A stretch of 32,000 nucleotides of DNA, from assembly GCF_036323395.1 (NCBI RefSeq), contig NZ_AP028907.1:300001-332000 (forward strand). The letters run 5' to 3'. Shown piece after piece: positions 17,137 through 23,929 of the stretch. The stretch's first letter is position 1; each line of letters begins with the position of its first letter. The notes beneath the pieces are model-generated. The model had not been told where the DNA came from and did not search any database. It saw only the letters and a list, made by a program, of their open reading frames with translations. A program made the position numbers and the translations under genes. Origin of the DNA: Pyrodictium abyssi. GTDB taxonomy: Archaea; Thermoproteota; Thermoprotei_A; Sulfolobales; Pyrodictiaceae.

Positions 17137-17574
17137 CTAGTAGTACTTGTCGACAATGTACTGTAGTTTCTCGACTAGCTCTTCTATCTGGTTTAGGTCG
17201 TCTTCAATCATGCTGCGGTTTTCCTCTAAGAGTCGTGCGCCACGTCGAGCAAGTATCAAAGCCTTGTTTAGCAGATCTCGTTCATACTCCATACCCACTA
17301 TTATCATGTATTCGCTGAGTGTAGCTATATTGTCTCTAACCTCTGCAATCGTAGAATCTAAGTCTATAGCACCATTTAGGCTATTCACGAGGCGCCGGCG
17401 CAGAACGCGCAGACGACGTATATAGCTGAGTACTAGTGTCTGCAATTCTTCATCGTCTATATCCTTACGTAGCCTAACTAGGGCTCGATTTAGCGACTTT
17501 ACTATGTGTGCATGCTTGTCGGTTACATCCTCTAATGTACGCAGCAACTTGTATGGATCCACGTTCTCCGACAT
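17137..17574 (-). CDS. Hypothetical helical / coiled-coil protein
   Basis: 145 aa, rich in charged residues and leucine with heptad-like spacing. I recognise no family. Confidence 0.5.
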   Translation of the reverse strand: MSENVDPYKLLRTLEDVTDKHAHIVKSLNRALVRLRKDIDDEELQTLVLSYIRRLRVLRRRLVNSLNGAIDLDSTIAEVRDNIATLSEYMIIVGMEYERDLLNKALILARRGARLLEENRSMIEDDLNQIEELVEKLQYIVDKYY

Positions 17575-17845
17575 ACTAGCTACACCCTAGCATTCACGCA
17601 GCAGGTGAATAAGCGCAGCCTCAGAACTGTTACACTCCGATATTCCATGCCTCCTAATTAGCTGGAACCCCTCTTAAGTATGTTAGAGCGCCTACACGAC
17701 GTGCCTCCCAGAACAATTACCCTGACAATGGGGCTAAAAGGTGTACATAATAGGCAGTCGTAGCAGAACGGTATTGACACGAAGCGGCAAACTTCTGTCC
17801 AGCCGTTAGTAAAAACCAGGGCTACTTGGCTTCGTGAGTGGATGG

Positions 17846-18226
17846 CTAGGCTTTAACAGTCCTTACAGTCACTATAGTGTTGTCGGAGACACCGTACTCC
17901 GGTAGTTTAGACCCGTTAACCCATACCTCGTTCGGCGGAACATTCTCATCCTTTTCCACACGGTAACGGAACTTATGCCGATGCGCAACCACTACTTCTA
18001 TGTACTCTCCCTCGCCTATCTCCTTGAGGAGATCTGGACTAACCTTAGCTATGCCCTCCTTTATCTCGTCGTGGAAGCGTAGCCTTACCCTGCGCTCACG
18101 CTGCTTCTTCTCCCTGCCAAGCAGCTGGGACGCAGGAGGAATCATGGCTAGCGCGCTGCGAACGTCTATCTTCTTACGGGGGAGCTCTTCCTGCTGCTCT
18201 TGCTTCTTAGCCTCCTCGGCGCTCAT
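17846..18226 (-). CDS. Hypothetical protein with a Lys/Glu-rich N-terminus and a small beta-barrel-like C-terminal domain
   Basis: 126 aa. IAKVSPDLLKEIGEGEYIEVVV...VWVNGSKLPEYGVSDNTIVTVR is reminiscent of stand-alone VatN/CDC48-N or AbrB-like cradle-loop barrels. This is weak pattern recognition only. Confidence 0.5.
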   Translation of the reverse strand: MSAEEAKKQEQQEELPRKKIDVRSALAMIPPASQLLGREKKQRERRVRLRFHDEIKEGIAKVSPDLLKEIGEGEYIEVVVAHRHKFRYRVEKDENVPPNEVWVNGSKLPEYGVSDNTIVTVRTVKA

Positions 18227-18368
18227 AGAGTCTTGTCCCTCCAGGTTAAGAAATAGCAGAGATGTAGCCAGGATTAATAGCTGCTGTTACTTATGTAACG
18301 CCTCCGCTAAGTCCCAAGCATCGTGTCATAGACTGTGGAATGATATGGTGCTATGAAAACCCCGCTCT

Positions 18369-20150
18369 TTACTCGACAAGTGTGCCGAGACTGCTGATGT
18401 CAGCGCCTTCAAGGAACCTTTTCAGCGCATCAACTACGCGGTCTACGGGGATACGTACCTGCCTCCATGTATCCCTGTCTCTCAGTGTTACAGTATTGTC
18501 TTCCAGTGTCTGGTAGTCCACAGTTATAGCTGCAGGGACACCTATCTCGTCTACGCGCGCGTATCTGCGGCCTATACTGCCGTCGTCATCGTAGATAGCG
18601 TACATACCGCTCCCTAGTATTCTCCACCATATAGATCTGGCGACTCTCACCAGCTTTTCGTCCCGGACTATCGGGAACACAGCAGCTTCTATGGGTGCTA
18701 TACGTCTAGGTATACGGAGCACCACGCGGCCATCCTTTTCGGAGAACGCGTAGTCGAGTGTGACGAAGAGCAGCCTCTCTACACCGAATGACGGCTCAGC
18801 CACGTGTGGGATGAAACGCTTACCACTAACCTTCTCGACCTTCTCCACTATCTTCACGTGCTCTGCTGGTATCTTCACGCCGGCTACCTCTATGAAGCCT
18901 TTCTCTTGTATCTCCTTCTCCACCTTGCTTGGGTCGAGGGATTGCGCCGCCTCTAGGATCTCTTTTGCGCGCTGACGGAAAGTCCTGCCAACCCAGGCGC
19001 GGTCAATCATAACAATCTTCTTCTTTACCACCTTGGGCTCCTTAAACTGCTTGAATACACGGAGGTCCTGGCCACTATACTTCATGTGCCTGCTCAGATC
19101 GTAGTCTGTCCTATAGGCGTGGCCTGAGACCTCTACCCAGCCTAGCCTACTGACCTTAACCAGCTGGTCGAAGGTCTGGGCGGCATAGTGTGCCCGCTCC
19201 TCCGGGGCCTTCTCTTCAAAGTACATGTTTTCGTATGGGACGCCAAGCTCTATTATGAAGTCGCGTGCAACAGCCATCCAGTAGGCAAGCCATGGCGTGA
19301 CTATGATGCCTTCTTCTATCGCCTCACGTACACCGTACTCCTCCGGCTTATCTACGCCCTTTGCCTTAGCGTCGGCACGCAGGATACGTAGCTTCCTGTG
19401 GTCCACCTTGTCTAGGAGTTCTTCAAGCACATCGCCGTGCCACGGATCCTCGGGGTCGAAGAAGAACTCCATCTCGGCTATAGTGAACTCTCTCAGCCGG
19501 ACCATACCCTGTCTAGGCGATATCTCGTTACGTGCAACACGGCCTATCTGGGCTATGCCTAGCGGCAGCTTCTGTCTAGCTACCTCGTAGACTCTCTTGA
19601 ACGCTACGAACATTCCCTGGGCCGTCTCGGGGCGTAGGTAGCCAACGTTCTCGCTATACGGGCCTATAGTGGTCTTGAAGAGTAGGTTGAAAGTCCTAAC
19701 CTCGCCTAGAGGGCCGCCGCACACCGGGCATGTTATGCTGTACTCGCGTAGTATCCTTGTCATCTCCTCTAGGCTGAGCCCCTCAGCCCGTATGCCCGTC
19801 TTCTCTTCGATCAGGTGGTCTGCTCTGAACTTCCTGTGACAACGCAGACACTCCACTATGGGGTCAGTGAAGTGCTCTAGGTGCCCGCTCGCCTCGAATA
19901 CCTTCGCGGGCGCTATGACGGGGGTTTCTATCTCCACAACGATGTGGCTATGACGGCGTATAAAGTAGTCGCGCCAGAGCGCTATTATCTTATCCTTTAG
20001 CCTGGCGCCGAGCGGGCCCAGGTCATAGAAGCCAGCGACACCGCCGTAGATCTCGTAGCTCGGCCAGAAGAAGCCCCTCCTCTTAGCCAGCTCCATTACC
20101 TTCTCGTAACGGTCCTCGCTAGCTACAGAACTTGAGCCCATGGCCCGCAT
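18369..20150 (-). CDS. glyS: Glycyl-tRNA synthetase (archaeal/eukaryotic alpha2 type)
   Basis: 593 aa with RRGFFWPSYEIYGGVAGFYDLGPLG, GRVARNEISPRQGMVRLREF (class II motif 2 region) and a C-terminal anticodon-binding domain. An alternative ATG lies 9 nt downstream. Confidence 0.95.
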   Translation of the reverse strand: MRAMGSSSVASEDRYEKVMELAKRRGFFWPSYEIYGGVAGFYDLGPLGARLKDKIIALWRDYFIRRHSHIVVEIETPVIAPAKVFEASGHLEHFTDPIVECLRCHRKFRADHLIEEKTGIRAEGLSLEEMTRILREYSITCPVCGGPLGEVRTFNLLFKTTIGPYSENVGYLRPETAQGMFVAFKRVYEVARQKLPLGIAQIGRVARNEISPRQGMVRLREFTIAEMEFFFDPEDPWHGDVLEELLDKVDHRKLRILRADAKAKGVDKPEEYGVREAIEEGIIVTPWLAYWMAVARDFIIELGVPYENMYFEEKAPEERAHYAAQTFDQLVKVSRLGWVEVSGHAYRTDYDLSRHMKYSGQDLRVFKQFKEPKVVKKKIVMIDRAWVGRTFRQRAKEILEAAQSLDPSKVEKEIQEKGFIEVAGVKIPAEHVKIVEKVEKVSGKRFIPHVAEPSFGVERLLFVTLDYAFSEKDGRVVLRIPRRIAPIEAAVFPIVRDEKLVRVARSIWWRILGSGMYAIYDDDGSIGRRYARVDEIGVPAAITVDYQTLEDNTVTLRDRDTWRQVRIPVDRVVDALKRFLEGADISSLGTLVE

Positions 20151-20178
20151 CCTTGAACCAGGGAGCCTCTGCAGGGAG

Positions 20179-20185
20179 TATTATA
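20179..20185. promoter_or_regulatory. Putative shared TATA box between divergent glyS and speB
   Basis: TATTATA is the only AT-rich element in the 73-nt divergent spacer. It lies about 29 nt from the glyS ATG (20150) and about 39 nt from the speB ATG (20224). Confidence 0.4.
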
Positions 20186-20223
20186 CTGTCCCGGTCCTAG
20201 CACCTTCACCCGGGCGAAGGGCA

Positions 20224-21159
20224 ATGGGGCTTGCCGACCTATACACGTCGAGGACCCCGCTATACTTTGGCGGTGTTGAGGCGGAGCCCGATAGGGCTGA
20301 CATGCTGGTAGTAGGTGTCCCATACGACGCGACATCGAGCTACCGGCCAGGCTCCCGTTTCGCGCCCCGTGCTATACGGGAAGCAGCGGCCAACATAGAG
20401 CTCTACTCGCTCCGGGCAGGGATAGACCTAGAGGACTACCGGATAGCCGACCTAGGGGATATAGCACTCCCCGTAAACCCCCAAGAAGTAGTAAAGAGGA
20501 TAGAGACTGTTGTGGCCGAATTGCTCGAAAATAATCCTGGAAAGCTTCTCGCCCTACTAGGGGGAGAGCATAGCATAACTCTTGGAGCCTATAGAGCACT
20601 AGCGAGACACGATACGAACCCGTGCATACTAGTTGCAGACGCCCACTTCGACCTAAGAAGCGAGTACATGGAGGAGAAGTATAGCCACGCGAGCGTGATG
20701 AGAAGGATAACAGAGGTCTACGGCGGTGAACGAATATTCTACATAGGTGTGCGGGCGTTCGCCAAAGAAGAGCTGGAATACGCTAGGAGCAAACAGATAG
20801 AATACATAACCAGCCATACTGCTAGGCTCCTGGGCGTGAGAGAGATAGTAAACAGAGCCAGTAGATGGATGAAGAAAGCAGGCTGTCAAAGCCTCTACGT
20901 GAGCATAGACATGGACGCCTACGATCCAGCATATGCGCCGGGTGTAGCTAACCCGGAACCAGAAGGGCTCGAACCATGGATGCTGCTGGACACGGTATTC
21001 CGCATAGTGGCCGAGAGCAGTGTTAGCCTTAGAGTAGTAGATGTCGTAGAGGTGTCGCCCCCCTATGACTGCAGCGGGGTGACGTCCGTGCTAGCGGCGA
21101 AAACGCTGCTCGAGGTATTTGCAGCATACCTGATACAACGGGCCAAAGGAGCTAGATAA
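20224..21159 (+). CDS. speB: Agmatinase / ureohydrolase (arginase family)
   Basis: Mn-binding motifs are present: GGEHSIT, VADAHFDLR and SIDMDAYDPAYAPG. I prefer the internal ATG at 20224 (MGLADLYTS...) over the listed start at 20140. The longer form would overlap the glyS start and run across the shared promoter. Confidence 0.85.
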   Translation: MGLADLYTSRTPLYFGGVEAEPDRADMLVVGVPYDATSSYRPGSRFAPRAIREAAANIELYSLRAGIDLEDYRIADLGDIALPVNPQEVVKRIETVVAELLENNPGKLLALLGGEHSITLGAYRALARHDTNPCILVADAHFDLRSEYMEEKYSHASVMRRITEVYGGERIFYIGVRAFAKEELEYARSKQIEYITSHTARLLGVREIVNRASRWMKKAGCQSLYVSIDMDAYDPAYAPGVANPEPEGLEPWMLLDTVFRIVAESSVSLRVVDVVEVSPPYDCSGVTSVLAAKTLLEVFAAYLIQRAKGAR

Positions 21160-21163
21160 CGCC

Positions 21164-21364
21164 TTATATGGCTTTGACGAGTTTGCGCCCCGGAGGCCTA
21201 ACCTTGTAGACTACACGATAGCCGCAATACGGGCACTTGATGCTTGGCATGTACTCCAGGTCGAGAGCGGTAAACTCCATGCCGCAGCGGCCGCACTTGT
21301 AACGTATCATGGCCTTATCTTCTATCACGCCAAACTCCTCGTCGCGAGGCTCGTAGAGCGCCAT
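21164..21364 (-). CDS. rpoP: DNA-directed RNA polymerase subunit P (Rpo12)
   Basis: The zinc ribbon YKCGRCG...KCPYCGYRVVYKVRPP...VKAI matches archaeal RpoP. The conserved core equals the last 48 aa, so the internal Met at 21310 is an alternative start. The TATA-like palindrome CTTATAAG at 21403-21410 favours the long form. Confidence 0.85.
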   Translation of the reverse strand: MALYEPRDEEFGVIEDKAMIRYKCGRCGMEFTALDLEYMPSIKCPYCGYRVVYKVRPPGRKLVKAI

Positions 21365-21498
21365 AAGCTGCTCGCCCAGTGTACGTCCCCGTACGCGAAA
21401 TCCTTATAAGAATAGCTCCTAGCCTACGGCTAACGGAGACCCATACGCCTAGAAGAGAGTGAAATAGGGGAAAAAGCTAAAGGAAGGGATCGTAATCC

Positions 21499-21810
21499 AT
21501 GAGTGGGGATCTATCCTCCCTATGTGGCGGACTTCCACCGGAGCTCTGTGAGCAGCTGGCCAGGGAGCAACAAGTAATCAAGATTAAGCTCGAAAAGCGG
21601 CGCTATGGCCGTGAAGTAACCATTATAGAGGGTCTGGATGAACGCGACGTGGACTTGAAGAAGCTGGCGTCACAGCTCAAGTCAAGGCTAGCGACTGGAG
21701 GTACGTATAAGAACGGTAGGATAGAGCTGCAGGGAGACCATCGCCACCGTGTAAAGGAAATCTTGATAGAGATGGGGTTCCCGGAAGAGAATATCATCAT
21801 AGTAGAGTAG
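21499..21810 (+). CDS. Translation initiation factor aSUI1 (eIF1 homologue)
   Basis: 103 aa. [21 protein letters not shown]...[35 protein letters not shown] is the SUI1 domain. Confidence 0.93.
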   Translation: MSGDLSSLCGGLPPELCEQLAREQQVIKIKLEKRRYGREVTIIEGLDERDVDLKKLASQLKSRLATGGTYKNGRIELQGDHRHRVKEILIEMGFPEENIIIVE

Positions 21811-22078
21811 CTGAGTACTCCTCTCCCAATGTCTTACTGCCACATTTCTGAGTCAATTTGATTCTACATTATGATGTATTTGTTGGGCATGTGGCTTACC
21901 TCATATACAACTCATATTTTACACGTGGGGAACAGTGCTAGAGTACCGATAATCTGCTTAGATGCCCTGGAGAATTAAACCAGAGTTATCGTTATTTACA
22001 TCGTCTTCTGACGATACTTTGTCTACTTAATTCTATTATAGACTATAGACTATTATGCCCTAGTAACTTTACTATAAA

Positions 22079-22672
22079 TTATCTCATATAGAGTGCTAAT
22101 GCTGATATTATAGCGGCTATGGGTTTCTCAAGCATGAGTAGCTCAAATAAGTCGGGCAGTATAGGGTTGTTTAGCAGTGCTATGTATGATGCTGTCTCGA
22201 GCCATGTGTTGGCTTGTTTGAATGTGAGGTTGCTATATAGTAGTCTTTTCGTCGTCTCGATGTATGACTCGTATAGTGTGTAGAGGTCGGTTGGGTCCGG
22301 GAAGTGTTTCGGCTCGTTTGCCGAGGTCATGTATACTAGGTGGAGACTTAGCCACAGTGATTGCAAGGCTTTGGCTGCTTCCATGTAGGTTCCGGGCAGT
22401 AGTATGTTGAAGCCGCCGGTCTCCTCGTCTGCCTCTGTCCACTCTGCTCCTATCTCCGACAGGTAGTGGTAGAGGTTCTTGCGCAGGTTTTCAAGTGTTG
22501 TAGAGTATCTTTCCCCAAGGTTTTCTCCAGCAAGCTTCTCTATGGGCCACGCTGTTATTGCCCATGCATTGTTGCCGCTATACATGCGTGCTAGGTGATG
22601 CATTACTGCTATTTTCAAATGCTTGAACTCTTTCTCGAGTGTTGTATCCTGTTTCGTGGCTGTCATATTCAT
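22079..22672 (-). CDS. Orphan hypothetical protein in an AT-rich islet
   Basis: 197 aa, predicted helical, rich in Trp/Tyr/Leu and poor in Arg/Gly. I recognise no motif. A good minus-strand TATA (TATAAAA, 22711-22705) lies about 33 nt upstream of the ATG. Ile is encoded almost exclusively by ATA, as in neighbouring genes. Confidence 0.55.
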   Translation of the reverse strand: MNMTATKQDTTLEKEFKHLKIAVMHHLARMYSGNNAWAITAWPIEKLAGENLGERYSTTLENLRKNLYHYLSEIGAEWTEADEETGGFNILLPGTYMEAAKALQSLWLSLHLVYMTSANEPKHFPDPTDLYTLYESYIETTKRLLYSNLTFKQANTWLETASYIALLNNPILPDLFELLMLEKPIAAIISALALYMR

Positions 22673-22704
22673 TGTTCCTGTTGGCCTAGGACTGTGTGTG
22701 GTGG

Positions 22705-22712
22705 TTTTATAG
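22705..22712 (-). promoter_or_regulatory. Putative TATA box of the orphan gene, flanked by GTGGTGGT direct repeats
   Basis: Plus-strand TTTTATAG (minus-strand CTATAAAA) is flanked by GTGGTGGT at 22698-22705 and 22714-22721. Confidence 0.4.
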
Positions 22713-22745
22713 CGTGGTGGTGACGGTGTCAGCCGGTAGTAAAAG

Positions 22746-22752
22746 ATTTAAA
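22746..22752 (+). promoter_or_regulatory. Putative BRE/TATA for tfb
   Basis: In GTAAAAGATTTAAACC, the ATTTAAA at 22746-22752 is the last AT-rich element before the GC-rich segment that precedes the tfb start at 22866. Confidence 0.35.
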
Positions 22753-22865
22753 CCGGGCCTGTGGAATAGGATGGATGGGGCTTTAAGGGTTTCGGGGGCA
22801 AGCTCTGGCGGGCTGTTTCGGCTTGTCCCCCGGGGGCCCGCCCTACAGCTACTAGGTGGCAGGCC

Positions 22866-23801
22866 TTGGTAGCCGAGGAGTACTTCGAAAAGGCCTCGGG
22901 GGATAGGGAGGAGAAGTGTCCGCCGGAATATATAGTGTTTGATGAGGAGCGTGGCGAGTACATCTGTACACTCACGGGTGAAGTAGTAGAGGAAACCGTG
23001 ATAGACACTGGCCCCGAGTGGAGGGCCTACACGCCCGAGGAGAAGACGCGCAGAAGCCGTGTAGGCAGTCCTCTGACACACACGCTCCCAGACTACGGTA
23101 TATTGACCACTATATCCGGTTACCGTGACGCGACCGGTCGTAAGCTCGAGGCACGCCTACGTATAGAGGCTAGCCGTCTCCGCAGACTCCAAGCCAAGCT
23201 CCGCGCGACTACGAGCATAGAGAAGAACATAGAGCAGGCTGCGCGCGAGATAACACGCCTCGTTGAGGCGCTCAACCTGCCGCGCAGCATAATCGACACC
23301 GCCATGATGATTTACAGGCAGGCGGCGGAGAAGGGGCTTGTACGAGGCCGCAGCCTCGAGTCTATGGCAGCTGCGGCGGTCTACGCAGCGTGTAGGATAC
23401 GGGGCATACCGCGCGGCATAGACGACATATCGGAGATAGTCAAGGGCGGTCGTAAAGAGGTGGCTCGCTGCTATAGGCTCATAGTACGCGAGCTTAGACT
23501 CCGCATGCCCATAGTAGATCCGATACGCTACGTGTCTAGAATAGCTTCTGCCCTAAGACTAAGCCCGGCTGTCGAGCGGCGTGCATCAGAGATTCTCATG
23601 CAGGCACGTAGGATGGGCCTCACGGCTGGCAAGGACCCAGCGGGGCTAGCCGCTGCCGCCATATACATAGCTGCACTGGAGCTTGGCGAGAGACGCACCC
23701 AGAAGGAGATAGCGGCTGCAGCTGGCGTGACAGAGGTAACTGTACGCAACCGCTACAAGGAACTCGTACAGCGGCTCAACATACCCCTGCCAGCCCAGTA
23801 G
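22866..23801 (+). CDS. tfb: Transcription initiation factor B (TFIIB homologue)
   Basis: 311 aa. It has the N-terminal ribbon region CPPEYIVFDEERGEYICTLTGEV, the B-finger/linker GPEWRAY and two cyclin repeats (GRSLESMAAAAVYAACR, GKDPAGLAAAAIYIA). The C-terminus has TQKEIAAAAGVTEVTVRNRYKEL. The TTG start has AGGTGG at 22854-22859. Confidence 0.95.
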   Translation: MVAEEYFEKASGDREEKCPPEYIVFDEERGEYICTLTGEVVEETVIDTGPEWRAYTPEEKTRRSRVGSPLTHTLPDYGILTTISGYRDATGRKLEARLRIEASRLRRLQAKLRATTSIEKNIEQAAREITRLVEALNLPRSIIDTAMMIYRQAAEKGLVRGRSLESMAAAAVYAACRIRGIPRGIDDISEIVKGGRKEVARCYRLIVRELRLRMPIVDPIRYVSRIASALRLSPAVERRASEILMQARRMGLTAGKDPAGLAAAAIYIAALELGERRTQKEIAAAAGVTEVTVRNRYKELVQRLNIPLPAQ

Positions 23802-23840
23802 AGGCTATTGAGGCCCCTCCCCCGAGGCGCGGCTCGACGG

Positions 23841-23845
23841 TTTTT
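23841..23845 (+). terminator. Oligo-T tract downstream of tfb
   Basis: A TTTTT run lies 40 nt after the tfb stop, preceded by a short CCTC-CCCC-GAGG hairpin. Archaeal termination commonly uses oligo-T. Confidence 0.35.
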
Positions 23846-23929
23846 CACGCGAAGGATTCCTCGCTCCTTCTCCCATGGTGTATCCCGGTAAGCCTTCTGG
23901 GAGGTAAACTGTTAACCTACGTACGCTGG

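Noticed and set aside
20140-20223. An upstream ATG that would extend speB by 28 codons.
   Set aside because: The extension (MARILEPGSLCREYYTVPVLAPSPGRRA) would overlap the glyS start codon and read through the only TATA element of the divergent spacer. Homology to ureohydrolases begins after the internal Met at 20224.
21871-21978. A 35-codon plus-strand ORF (MMYLLGMWLTSYTTHILHVGNSARVPIICLDALEN) in the AT-rich spacer.
   Set aside because: I could identify no TATA or SD at a suitable distance, and no motif. Short ORFs of this size are expected by chance in AT-rich sequence.
22917-22979. The TFB N-terminal zinc ribbon appears degenerate: only two Cys, in CPPEY...ICTLTG, instead of CxxC...CxxC.
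   Set aside because: As far as I recall, the same CPP...IC pattern occurs in Sulfolobus TFB1. It is therefore a known crenarchaeal trait rather than a novelty or a pseudogene sign.
23304-23310. Perfect C-box heptamers inside coding regions: ATGATGA at 23304-23310 in tfb and at 12958-12964 in ubiX, GTGATGA at 31496-31502 in the isochorismatase-family gene, and the minus-strand ATGATGA at the 3' end of SUI1.
   Set aside because: None is followed by a D' or D box at 12-nt spacing, or by a CTGA within 50-70 nt in a C/D arrangement. They simply encode Met-Met, Asp-Asp-Glu or Val-Met.
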